The notes under the pieces are model-generated. The model ran no database searches and was not told the DNA's origin. It saw only the letters and a list, made by a program, of their open reading frames with translations. A stretch of 55,468 nucleotides of DNA, the filler included, from Stramenopiles sp. TOSAG23-6 (lineage: Eukaryota), in NCBI GenBank assembly GCA_900128565.1. It is 4 parts of 4 records of this genome, joined end to end, with 100 filler letters (N's around TTAATTAATTAA, not from the genome) between each part and the next. Parts side by side here need not be neighbours in the genome. Positions count along the whole stretch, not along the records: positions 13,977 to 27,780 come from LT636158.1; positions 27,881 to 41,640 come from LT636159.1; 2 more parts are not named here. One strand, written 5' to 3'. A program made the translations under genes and the position numbers. Positions 20,461 through 31,611 of this stretch are shown in pieces. Numbering within the stretch: position 1 is the first letter of the stretch; each line of letters begins with the position of its first letter.

Positions 20461-23400
20461 ATGGCTAAAACGGCAAAACAGAATAGAAAGAGTCGACCAA
20501 AGGGGCAGAATAGAAAACCTGTGCGTCGATTGCCAGAATCTATTATTGCACGTAAGAAAGCTGAAAGTGTGAGTCAACAAGCTGAACTCAGTCCAAGTTT
20601 AATGAACAGTTTGATGTCATCATCGACTACTAGCTATGGCACTATAAATGATACCACAGATTCTCCTAATAGTAATGGAACTATTCTGCTTTCTGTCAGT
20701 TCAAAGCGAAGTAAAAAAAAACCTCATGGGCAGAAAAAGCGTAAGTTTATTTCCCCAATAGAGAAACAGAAAAGAATGAAACAAGCCGCAAAAATGAGTA
20801 AAAAGAAACGTAGGAAACTTATTAAATTACAGGAGAAGAAAGAAGCCGATGCAAAACGTCTTGCGATTTACAAATCTCTTAGTGAAACGGCAATTAGTAC
20901 TGAAGAGCAAAAACTTTTGCTTCCTTCTGGAAATATTGGACAACTTGGTAGTAAACGTGAACGTGTTAAACGTGCTTTCCGGTTAAATAAAGCTGGTATT
21001 CCACTGACAAACGAAGAGACGGAGATTCTTCTAGTTAGAAATGATAAAGTTGGATCGAATTCGAGCAACTCATTTAAAGAAAAAAGCAACATATGTAGTG
21101 TTTCAAAGGAAACTATTTTTGATGGTAAAAAAAGACCGGATAATATTGAAAATTTCGCTTCGCAAAACGAAAGTATCAAAGATCAAAGTATAACTAAAGA
21201 AGAATGCAAAATTATTAAAGCTAAAACTGAAAGTGAAAAAGATTGCAATATTAGAGTGGCTGAATTGAAAAGTAAGAAAGAAGCAGCAAAGAAAGAGGCA
21301 TTACTCCTAAACCGCGCTAAAAACATAGCTATAATTAAAGCCCAGAAAAAAGAATTACACCGTGTACAGAATGCACCTACAACATGTGTTGTACATATTG
21401 ATCGCAACCCTGAAATCCAAGAACAGAGGCTAAAACTTCCTGTATGTGGAATTGAGCAAGAAATTATAGAATCTGTTCAAAACAATGATGTAATTATTCT
21501 ATGTGGTGCTACGGGCTCTGGTAAAACAACACAAACCCCTCAATTTCTTTATGAAGCAGGTTATTCAACAGCAGCTACAAAACGGGGTATGATTGGTGTG
21601 ACGCAACCACGTCGTGTAGCTGCTATGTCAATGGGTACAAGAGTGGCAGAAGAACTCAATACTCCTCTCGGTAAAAGAGGATTTGTATCGTATCACGTCC
21701 GTCATGATTCATCAGGAGTTCATGATGGTACTCGTATTAAATTTATGACAGAAGGTGTATGTTTTATTCTTTTTCAAATTCGAATTTTTTTTTCGTACGA
21801 CATTTTGTACCTAACGAATTTTTTTTGAAATATTTTTCCAAAAAACATATTCTACTGCAAGAAGGGTGCCGAGATTTACTATTAAAACAGTATAGTGCAA
21901 TTATAATTGATGAAGCTCATGAACGGAATTTGGATACAGATGTTTTGCTTGGCTTATTATCACGTGTCGTACCACTGCGAAGACAAATGTACGATGCAGG
22001 TGAAGTTTGTCCTGGTGAAAATTTCGTTTTACCACCACTTAAACTTATCATTATGAGTGCTACATTAAAAGTATCTGATTTTATCGATAATAAGCGATTA
22101 TTTTCGAAACCACCGCCTGTGATAAAAGCTGATTCGCGAAGACATCCAGTGACGATTCATTTCAATCGAAAAACTCCTTTGAATGACTATCTTAAAAAAG
22201 TTGTAAGTAAAGTTGGAGCTATACATAAAAAATTACCAGAGGGGACAATTGTTGTTTTTCTTCCTGGTCGAAAAGAAATTGAATGGGTTTGTAGAAAGTT
22301 AAGGCGAAAATATGGCCATCGAGCAAATATTGACTGCCAGATGTCAATGAGTGATGAAGATTCTTTTGATAGTGATATAAGTATGAGTGGTGGTGAAAGT
22401 GGTGATGATATTGAACCTGATCAAATGAGAACGCCAAATGAACACTCAAATGAAACATCTACAAGTAATTTGAATAGTGAAAAGATTGAAAATTCTATTG
22501 CAAACGCTGAGACTAATGTTGATGATGTAGATACCAGTCCGATAGATGATATTGTTGTTATTCCAGGGACAATTGAATCATCAAAGTCATCAGAATCAAT
22601 GGACGAGGAAAACAACGGATCTTTATTAGGACCATCAAAACCATCGACGATGCCTATGCATGTACTTCCAATGTACTCTATGCTTCCAAAACAAGCACAA
22701 ATGAAAGTATTTGAACCACCTCCACCTGGGCATCGATTAGTTGTTGTTGCCACAAATGTTGCAGAAAGTAGTATTACTATACCAAATACTGTATATATTG
22801 TTGACTCTGGACGTGAAAGAAACCGCGTGTATAACGCAACTTCTGGAATATCTACATTCGAAGTAAATTGGATATCAAAAGCATCAGCAGATCAACGTGC
22901 AGGTCGTGCAGGCCGTACTGGTCCAGGGCATGCATATCGGTTATATTCCTCAGCCGTTTTCAATGATTATTTTAAACTTTTTTCTCCTCCAGAAATTTTA
23001 GCAACACCATTGGAAGACGTTGTCATTCATTTAAAAAGACTTGGTATTCATCACGTGTCTGCTTTCCCTTTTCCATCAGCTCCACCCGTATCGAATATTC
23101 GACAAGCCTTAGTTGATTTATGGAATTTAGGATTGCTCAATATGGAAGGAGATTCGACATCAAATAGTCAAAAGTTCATAGATAATGTAAAGTATGAAAA
23201 CAATAGTACATCTAAAAACACATCAAATATTTCCAGTAGTATTAACAAAATGAATGAAGTATTAAACGAAGCGAAATCACTTCGTTCAAAACACTTAGTA
23301 AACAAGGTGGGAACAAAAAATCAAGTTTGTGGTGCAAATGATGATGTTATTCATCAAAGTCTTCAACTAGACTTTGCGAAACTAAAAGATGATGGCGAAT

Positions 23401-24929
23401 TAACAAATTTGGGTCTAGCCAGTGCAGAATACCCAGTATCTGCACGATTTGGCAAAATGCTTGCTCTCGCTCGTACATCTAGCTCACAGAATGTCAACTA
23501 TATTCCATATGTAATTGCACTAGTTTCGGCAATGTCAACTCAAGCACCTTTTGTGATGAGTCGCAGTCATGGCAATACTAATGATGCAGAAACAAAAGAG
23601 GAAATGAAAGAAGATCGAGTTAAAGCCATGAAAATGTTAGATAAAGATGGATCCAATTCCTGCAATGCTATCGCATGTGAAATTGAAATTGATGCTAAAT
23701 TAACAGCTGATGAACAAAATGTTTTAGAAAAAAAACGAAAAGAAGAACAGTGTTTATCACAGTGGGCTCATATAGAGAGTGATGCTTTATCACTCCTTCG
23801 TATCGTTGGAGCATATAGCTTTGGTACAAGTTCATCACAACCACATAAACAGCGTGAATGGTGTGAAGCCCGTGGATTGCGTCCGAAAACAATGCGGGAA
23901 ATAGAACAGTTACGTATCCAACTTTCACGTTCGATTTGGAAGCATTCAGAGACAAATAATAATAAGTTGTCAAAGCAACAAAACACAACAAAATTTACAT
24001 TTTACCGTCAAATTCTCCCTCCAACACGCGACGACGAACGCTTCCTTCGACAGGTGATTCTTTCCGGTTATCTAGATCATGTAGCGAAACGTATTGATAA
24101 TATCCATGGCGGTGTAAAGAGGACGAAGGGTCGAGTTGCTTATAGAAGTGTTAATCCATTGATTCAAGAAGAACTCTATATTCACAGCAATAGTTTCGTT
24201 CCTTGTAGACCTGCTCGCAATGGTGATGCTCCTGAATATGTTATCTACAGTGATATAACAAGATCAACCCCACATGATACTAGAACAGAGGAAGAAAAGG
24301 CAGATGATGTTGCTGCTGGTATTTTGGGTAATCCAGATTCGAGATTGTTCATGAGAGGTGTTACTATTATTGAAGCCAAGTGGTTACCTACAGTAGCAAA
24401 TGGATCCCCTCTTCTACACAACGGCGACGAGGTACTACTGGATCCGCCACCATATTATAATACAACCAGTGATAGTATACTTTGTTACCGTCAATATAAG
24501 TATGGCACTTACGCCTGGACTCTTCCATTACAAACCGAAGAGCATCCAAAAGGCTCGAATAAAATTCAATGGTTTGCTCGGCGTCTTCTTGAAGGATGTG
24601 TTGTACTAGATCCAAGTGGGTCTAATGTATTTCATGACTTGAGGCCACATTATGGTGCATCGCCGAAGATTCTTACTGCAACAATTACAAAAGATGGTAT
24701 GAATGGTGTAGATGCAAAAAGGGTTTTGGGCATTATCAGACCTCTCAGACAGCGACAGGTGGATAGTCTTGAAAAACTACTCAAAGCATGGAAAAGTGAT
24801 CCTAATTTTCTAATGAAGGGTCTCCGTAATTGGCTAAAAAAGTCAGAACAGAAACGAATCGTAAGAATATGGCAAAGAATTATCCGCGAATCAAAAAGTT
24901 CATTTAAAAACAACAAAAAGTTCGTTTAA
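20461..24929 (+). CDS. DHX37: DEAH-box RNA helicase DHX37/Dhr1; exons 20461-21756, 21849-24929
   Basis: GATGSGKTTQ, TQPRRVAA, IKFMTEG|ILLQE, DEAH, MSAT, SKASADQRAGRAGRTGPGH. Confidence 0.92.
21757..21848 (+). other. GT-AT family intron (92 nt)
   Basis: GAA GGT|GTATGT...TTTCGTACGACATTTTGTACCTAAC...TTCCAAAAAACAT|ATT CTA. GT-AT restores motif Ib (MTEGILL), and the intron contains no AG. Confidence 0.85.
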
Positions 24930-25128
24930 AAATAAAACACGACGTAAAAAAAAGATGCTTTTATTTCATCAAGCATCTATACATATATATATAATATTTT
25001 CCAGTATACAAGCAGCATGCGATTTAAAAGTGTTTTTTTTTGAAAAGGTTGGTTTTGAATAAAACCAGATGTTTTTTTTTGTACGGAATTTTTGTACTCT
25101 TGCGTCGCTACAACTTTTCAAAAGCAGC

Positions 25129-25542
25129 TTATCGCTTGCGCTTCTTCTTCTTGCTTGATTTCTTGATGAGAGACTTGTGAATGTGTGGAATAACACCACC
25201 ACCAGCAATAGTTGCTTTAATAAGAGTGTCAAGCTCTTCGTCACCACGAATAGCAAGTTGTAAATGACGAGGTGTGATACGTTTCACTTTTAAATCCTTA
25301 GAAGCGTTACCTGCAAGCTCAAGAACCTCAGCAGTGAGGTACTCCAAGATAGCAGCTGTATATACAGCAGCAGTAGCACCAACACGTTGTTTTTGTGCGA
25401 CACGGCGCTTCAAGAATCTGTGAATACGACCCACAGGGAACTGAAGTCCAGCACGAGAACTACGGGACTGTGGTGTCTTCTTGGATGCTGGAGCTTTTCC
25501 TCCCTTTCCTCCCTTTCCTCCTTTTCCTCCTTTTCCAGACAT
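25129..25542 (-). CDS. H2AZ: Histone H2A.Z
   Basis: [71 protein letters not shown]. Confidence 0.97.
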   Translation of the reverse strand: MSGKGGKGGKGGKGGKAPASKKTPQSRSSRAGLQFPVGRIHRFLKRRVAQKQRVGATAAVYTAAILEYLTAEVLELAGNASKDLKVKRITPRHLQLAIRGDEELDTLIKATIAGGGVIPHIHKSLIKKSSKKKKRKR

Positions 25543-25562
25543 TTTTATAAAAGTATGTTTAT

Positions 25563-25819
25563 CTGTTAAGTATGTGATAGAAAAAAGATACGAAGGGTAA
25601 GAATATGAATATATATTAAAAGTAAAAAATTATTGGGAAAAGAAATACAAGATGGAAGAAAAAGTATCAAGCAGTTCAAGCTTATTCTGAGGTACTCCTG
25701 TTCTACATAACTCATCAAATCATTTACATCAACTTAAAAGTATAATGCAGATCATTTCCTCTATTCTTCAAACATTGCCATTATAGTATAGAAATCTAAA
25801 AGTGAATAGTTAAACATAC
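25563..25819 (-). other. Probable canonical GT-AG intron in the H2A.Z 5' UTR
   Basis: Minus strand TAAG|GTATGTTT...CTTAACAG|ATAAAC, ending 20 nt before the ATG; no coding constraint to confirm it. Confidence 0.5.
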
Positions 25820-26187
25820 CTTAAACTTTTTTTAATGAATACAAAAACAACGAAGCCAAAAGAAAACAAGACAAAATTCGAAAAAATTCGCGAAAATTGC
25901 GCGCGAATTTTGCTTAGGGTTAGGGTCCCTAAACCCTTAATTTAAATGAAGAACTCCCAGCAGGCGAACCACAACTCGAAATTTAAAAAGTTCACATTTT
26001 TCGTGTAAGAGGAAAGAAAGAGGAAATTCAAATTTGAAATTATTTGAAAGGAACGAACGAAGTTCCTCTAGTACAGTACCTACAGCAGTCTCTATGTATG
26101 TATAGTGTAATTAATAATTATAACTTGTTCTACTGTGGTAAAAAACTCAAACGAACACACTCACGTTAAACAGTTAGTATAAAGAGG

Positions 26188-26982
26188 ATGTTTTCATATT
26201 GTTCGTGTTGTTTTTTTCGCTGTTTTCCGGTTAGTTTTTGTTGTTGCTGCTCAAGTACAGACTCTAAGGAAACAAAACACAAAAAAGATGACGACTACAC
26301 TGAAGCAAGTGAGTGCGAATCCACTGCGCTTTTGAGTCATCCTGACTCTATACATTTACATTTTGATGCTGATGAGGATACGGAATCAATGACAGAAGAT
26401 CAATTGCAGAGGTTAGTAGATGATCAGATGGACTCACTTCAACAACTTGATCTAGAAATGTCAATATCAGGAGATCTTTCTCCGGGAAGTCCAACAATTT
26501 CTCCACACAAACTAAATAGTGAACGACAAAGTTTTTCACCAAAAGACATAAAATCATGGAACTCTAAAGAAGAAGATGATGATAATATATTTCATCAAAG
26601 TTATAATGCTACTCAAGATCCAGAAGAAAATATCGCCTCAATGGAGAAAGATTTAGAAGAATTTCTTGCTTGTATGGAAGCGACAGAAGATACTGGGGTC
26701 AAAAACCCGCAAAGTTATCTTCAATATGCTGCAGAATTTGATAAAGAAGAAAATATGGACATTATGAAGGAAGAGAATGCTTCTCTCATTTCAGAAAAGA
26801 ATGAATTTGATAGAGGTAATTTTGAAAGTAAAGGAGACGACGATGCAAAAATCAACCAACAAAAACAAAAGGCAAACCTAACTGCCCAGCAGACAACATA
26901 CACAAAAGTAAAAAACAGTATGAAGCCAGTAATGAAAATCGATACGAGTTGTCCGGGGGAGATATTAAATTTTAATGGATAA
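26188..26982 (+). CDS. Hypothetical acidic protein with N-terminal Cys cluster (possible palmitoylation)
   Basis: 264-aa ORF starting MFSYCSCCFFRCFPVSFCCCCSS, with an acidic low-complexity body. Confidence 0.6.
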   Translation: MFSYCSCCFFRCFPVSFCCCCSSTDSKETKHKKDDDYTEASECESTALLSHPDSIHLHFDADEDTESMTEDQLQRLVDDQMDSLQQLDLEMSISGDLSPGSPTISPHKLNSERQSFSPKDIKSWNSKEEDDDNIFHQSYNATQDPEENIASMEKDLEEFLACMEATEDTGVKNPQSYLQYAAEFDKEENMDIMKEENASLISEKNEFDRGNFESKGDDDAKINQQKQKANLTAQQTTYTKVKNSMKPVMKIDTSCPGEILNFNG

Positions 26983-27263
26983 CTATTGTCGATTTTTCAT
27001 ACATTTTACTTATTTATATAGATTTATATATAGACAGAAACCCTGGAAACCTCGCAGAGGCAATCTGAAAACTGTTTTTTTTGCAAACACACAATCTTAT
27101 TTATATTATTAGGCTTATAGGGTTATTAAACAAAAATAAACTTCAATGACCAAAATGAATCGTACAATTACTCATTTTATTAGTATATTTGCTTTACGCT
27201 AAAATATATTCATTAGAAACAAAATTACATGAATAAACCTAAAGTTTTATTAAAAATAAAATT

Positions 27264-27728
27264 TTAATACATATCATCATCTGATATGAGAAAGTCAAAG
27301 GATTCGTCATCTCCTCCAGCTAGACGTTGATTCTTTGAAAACGTACCCCGTTCAAAACTTCTATTAGTTGTCACTGGAGTATTGTCATCTACAGTATAAA
27401 TATCATTTACAGAAGAACTATTTGCATCTCTACTACCAAATGGATCCGAAGCTTCTCTTAATTCTTGAGATCTCGGAATTTTTTTATCAGGAAAAAGGAA
27501 GGTCGAGTGAGCGTCATCTAACACATCCTTAGCATCAAGAACTTCGGCAAGTTTTTCCAATAGAGGACGTCGCGATTTGACGTTTTCAGCAAAATCTAAA
27601 TATGAAAATGCTACGAAATATCCAATAGATGCAAAGAACATTTCAATACAAATGAGCGTATTTTGCATATATGCAGCTTTCGCAACTGCAGTTGTTGCAG
27701 TTGAATTTATGTCTCTATTAAATAGTAC
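27264..27728 (-). CDS. Terminal exon of a TMEM184/OST-alpha family transporter
   Basis: QNTLICIEMFFASIGYFVAFSY motif; upstream exons lie beyond the contig end. Confidence 0.75.
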   Translation of the reverse strand, partial: VLFNRDINSTATTAVAKAAYMQNTLICIEMFFASIGYFVAFSYLDFAENVKSRRPLLEKLAEVLDAKDVLDDAHSTFLFPDKKIPRSQELREASDPFGSRDANSSSVNDIYTVDDNTPVTTNRSFERGTFSKNQRLAGGDDESFDFLISDDDMY

Positions 27729-27780
27729 ATATATGTGAAAAAATATTTCAAAAAAAAATCTAAAAAAATTGTTAGGTACG
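27729..27780 (-). other. 3' part of a GT-AT family intron, truncated by contig end
   Basis: Minus strand CGTACCTAAC...GAAATATTTTTTCACATATAT|GTA CTA; the exact AT used is uncertain within ATATAT. Confidence 0.65.
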
Positions 27781-27880
27781 NNNNNNNNNNNNNNNNNNNN
27801 NNNNNNNNNNNNNNNNNNNNNNNNTTAATTAATTAANNNNNNNNNNNNNNNNNNNNNNNNNNNNNNNNNNNNNNNNNNNN
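27781..27880. other. Artificial contig linker
   Basis: N44-TTAATTAATTAA-N44. Confidence 0.97.
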
Positions 27881-29614
27881 GCAATGTGTAAAGATAAATT
27901 GTTTCTTCAAGACACAGTTGAAAGTGCCTCAGCAAAGGTCGGCGGTTTATCATCAGAGTTACGTGTAGAGGCTCTTGCCTTAGCTCGTAAATTGAATCCC
28001 GGCTTAAAAATGTGGACAAAGACCGATTGGGATCACCGTCGAAAGGTAAAGGAAGCAATGGAGAAACATGGTAATGAGATCAACTCACCTTGGATTGAAG
28101 TTTATGATCCCGGAGAAAAAAGTTTTTATTATTGGCATCAAGAAACACACGAGACAACATGGGAGCAACCAAAGGGATACAAAATGTCATGTGATGACTC
28201 AATTATGAGTTCTGCAATACGAATTCAAAACTTTTGGAGAATAGTTTTAGCTCGAATTCGTACCAAAATAAGAAAGACAGTATTTGATATGAATGTGACT
28301 AAGACCGCATTGATTGAACAGATTTCGGCGAGTAGAACAAGACAACACAAAAATGAAGAGATTATTTGTGATTGGGTAGAATCATTTGACTCTGAAAATG
28401 ATGCATATTATTACTACAATTATGCTACAGGAATGACAGTTTGGGACAAGCCCTCTGATTATGTGATGGCAGCAGATGACTTACTGTTTAAATCTGTCAT
28501 AAAACTACAATGTGCATATCGTTCTCGATGTGCTTATCGCAAATTTCATAGAAAGAAAATGAATCACACATTCTTAGAAAAAATAGCAACAGAAAAGTCG
28601 TTGAGACTCTCAGAAATATCAGCAGAAGCAACATCATATGCTGATATGTTATCAGATGAATTAGTAACTGTCGTTGTTGGACCCGGACAATTAGGTTTGC
28701 AAATGAAAGCTGGGTCTGATGGTTGTGGAGTTATTGTGAAAGGATTTGTCCTTACTAAAGCAAAAACGTTTTCCCGAGCAGGTGTTACCATTGGTATGAA
28801 ATTAGTGAGGGTAAATGGTCGAAATGTCGCATTGTCTGCATTTGGCGAAGTTTTAGATTACTTTAAGAAACATGCAGCGGACCCAAAACGTTTAGTATTT
28901 TGCTCAGCGGAAAAAGATGTTATTGAAATTGCCAACGAAATGGATTCGCTAAGAGAGCTTTGGGCAGCCAGAAGAATTCGTAGAATATGGAACCAGCGCA
29001 AAGCCAACAAAGCGTATAATGAAGAAAAGTTGAATAGATTAATTGAGATCGAGCTGAACACCGAAGCTGTTTTGATTGTTGTACCAACTGGGGAGCGTCT
29101 TGGTGTGGTTCTTGCTCCTTGTCCACAATCACATAGTAAAAATAATACAAAAAAATCGAATATTCCAATCGAAGCATGTGTCAAAGAATTTATCGCTGTT
29201 GGCAGGTCACATGATGGAAAAGCTATCATGGGGTCCATTCAAAGACATGGAGATGTATGTTTTATTTTTTTTTCAATTTCGAATATTTTTTTTTCGTACG
29301 AAATTTTGTACCTAACAAGTTTTACATTTTTTTTTTTTTTTTTCACAAAACATGTACAACTTGGAATGAAGCTCAGCAGTATCAATGGTGTTAGTACATT
29401 GGGTATGCCAACTGCTGATATTTTTGTAGCATTGCGCAAAGCTAGTAATTATTCACAATTTAATCAAGTGGGAACATATTTAGTATTTGGTGAAAAGAAT
29501 AGTAATGATCTTCGATTAGAAGCTGCTAATTTCATCAATTCACAACTTCGAAAACAATCTAGATCTTTTAAAAATGCTACATCGAAGTTGAAATATATTC
29601 TCCGCAAACCTTAG
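27881..29614 (+). CDS. WW / IQ / PDZ-like multidomain protein (5' truncated); intron 29255-29353
   Basis: Two WW domains (W...YYWHQETHETTWEQP; YYYNYATGMTVWDKP), IQ-like IQNFWR/LQCAYR, and PDZ-like GQLGL...GMKLVRVNG. Confidence 0.78.
   Translation, partial: AMCKDKLFLQDTVESASAKVGGLSSELRVEALALARKLNPGLKMWTKTDWDHRRKVKEAMEKHGNEINSPWIEVYDPGEKSFYYWHQETHETTWEQPKGYKMSCDDSIMSSAIRIQNFWRIVLARIRTKIRKTVFDMNVTKTALIEQISASRTRQHKNEEIICDWVESFDSENDAYYYYNYATGMTVWDKPSDYVMAADDLLFKSVIKLQCAYRSRCAYRKFHRKKMNHTFLEKIATEKSLRLSEISAEATSYADMLSDELVTVVVGPGQLGLQMKAGSDGCGVIVKGFVLTKAKTFSRAGVTIGMKLVRVNGRNVALSAFGEVLDYFKKHAADPKRLVFCSAEKDVIEIANEMDSLRELWAARRIRRIWNQRKANKAYNEEKLNRLIEIELNTEAVLIVVPTGERLGVVLAPCPQSHSKNNTKKSNIPIEACVKEFIAVGRSHDGKAIMGSIQRHGDVCFIFFSISNIFFSYEILYLTSFTFFFFFFTKHVQLGMKLSSINGVSTLGMPTADIFVALRKASNYSQFNQVGTYLVFGEKNSNDLRLEAANFINSQLRKQSRSFKNATSKLKYILRKP
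29255..29353 (+). other. GT-AT family intron (99 nt, in-frame, stop-free)
   Basis: GGA GAT|GTATGT...TTTCGTACGAAATTTTGTACCTAAC...CACAAAACAT|GTA CAA; removal gives PDZ-like GDVQLGMKLSSING. Confidence 0.8.
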
Positions 29615-29784
29615 TTAGTTAGTATTTGACTTATATTTGATTTATTCATTTAAATAAGTAAGTTATAACATACAAATAAACGCATATATAAATATAAGCT
29701 TTTTTATATTAACAATAGTGTGTGCCTTATTTACACGTATTATGTAAAGTAAAATATTGTACGAAAAAAATTAAAAATCTCAAA

Positions 29785-30789
29785 TCATTCATTATCAACT
29801 TTCAATTGATCGGGTGATGCTTCGTTGACAAGAGCTCGAGACAACGCAAACATCGGGTCAATGTATTTTGGAAAAATATTTCAAAAAAAAAAAAACTAAA
29901 ATTTGTTAGGTACAAAATTTCGTACGAAAAAAATAAATTCGAAATTGAAAAAAAATAAAACATACATGAGTGGAACATCAAATAATTCCTTTTCAGGTAA
30001 AGCAATTGGGATTTCAGTGCAACCTAAAATAATAACTTCTGCACCCATATCTTTCAAATCATTTACGCAGTTAACAAATATATTTCGTGCTTTTTTTGTG
30101 ACGGGAAATGTTGCTTTTACACCCCATTCTGGATTATAAATTGCGTCATGTAATGTAGATTGCGCATCATTGGAGACTTCAATGAATTGAAATTCACAAA
30201 GTGTATCAGGGTATACATTTGATAAACGAGTACCACTGGTTGACATTAATCCAACTTTTTTTGTTTTTGGAGAAACTTTGCGAATGAAGTTTGCAGTTTC
30301 ATCAATCATGTGCAACAATTTAACGTTTGGTAAAGTGGATATTTTTTCTTTAAAAGGATCCCATATCACCGATGCATGAAATGTGTTACATGGTACACCT
30401 ATAACAACGTGATTACTTCTATTTGTAACATTACTATTTACCGCAGAAAATATTGAATTAACTACTTCAAACATTGCATCACCAGGATTTTCCAAGTCTT
30501 CTCCTTTCTTCTGTGTGATAAAATTTGTACGGTCTGGAATTATGCGAGATTTAGATAAATGAAATATATCGAGATGCCCTTGATCACCGCCTCCAAGAGT
30601 TAACGTGTTTTCTATTATCATTTTGTGTAAAAGGCAACCAGCCATTGGGCCGACACCTCCGGCTATACCAATTGCAGACTGAGCAGCCGAAGTCGCAATA
30701 GTATTCCGAATATTCCTTTGAAACAAATCATTCTTCCCAATGTAGCACATACGATGCATAATGCGACGATATAGTATTGGAACGATCAT
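29785..30789 (-). CDS. PLP-independent aspartate/glutamate racemase family protein; exons 30789-29966, 29860-29785
   Basis: IGIAGGVGP, IPDRT, PCNTFH and LGCTEIP catalytic cysteines; spliced C-terminus VPLIDP. Confidence 0.88.
29861..29965 (-). other. GT-AT family intron (105 nt)
   Basis: Minus strand CTC AT|GTATGT...core...GAAATATTTTTCCAAAATACAT|T GAC CCG. Confidence 0.83.
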
Positions 30790-31420
30790 GGCAATATTTA
30801 TATGATCTTTAGAAGCTTTTGTTTAATAGTGTTTTTTTGTTCGCGTTGTGATTGTTTATTTTTCATTTTTCATTTTTGAGTTTTGACCATCATTTTTTGA
30901 CAACACAAGACTTAGCTTAGTTCTCGCAGCTGCATTTCTGTTATGAACTTATTTATGATAAAAAATTGAAAATTATACGATGACCTATAATATATCTCAG
31001 CTTTGTGCCGACCGTTTTGTAATTATATATTATGATGTATTTGATTGTGCCCACCGTTTAAACTTTATTGTACCATGCAGATATATCCTCTATAGAATAT
31101 CCATATACGAAGAAAAGTTTCGCCAAGTGTAAAATGACGATGCAAAACTTAAAATCTCGATTCTTCAGACTACTCATTATGTCAATTTGTAATTTGTGTA
31201 AAAATGGTTCTTTTTCAAACACGATTTCTTTTTCAAAATTCCTTTTATCGCCTTTTTTAGGGTTATAGTTTATTGTGTTGGATTTCTGCAATACCTCGAA
31301 TATAACCGTTGATATTGCAACGAATTGAAATAATTTCGATACTACTAAAATTAATCTTGTATGATTGTCAATTTCATTATTTTCTATACTTCGAGGAACT
31401 CCAACATAATTGCTGATGTC

Positions 31421-31611
31421 ATGTATTTTAGAAAAATATTTCAAAAAAAAATCATTAGGTACAAAATTTCGTACGAAAAATAAATTCGAAATTGAAAAAA
31501 AATTTCGTATGAAAAAAATAAATTCGAAATTGGTAAAACGTTCAATTTTGAAAAAAAATCTAAAAAAATTTCTTAGGTACAAAATTTCGTACGAAAAAAA
31601 TTAAAACATAC
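31421..31611 (-). other. GT-AT family intron (191 nt) containing two core motifs
   Basis: CTC AT|GTATGT...GTACCTAAG...GTACCTAAT...TTCTAAAATACAT|G; possibly a chimeric assembly of two copies. Confidence 0.6.

Noticed and set aside
21759-21848. Programmed frameshifting, stop readthrough or an alternative genetic code to explain split ORFs
   Set aside because: The breaks coincide with ~100-nt non-coding insertions of shared sequence whose removal restores conserved motifs; long genes read normally in the standard code.
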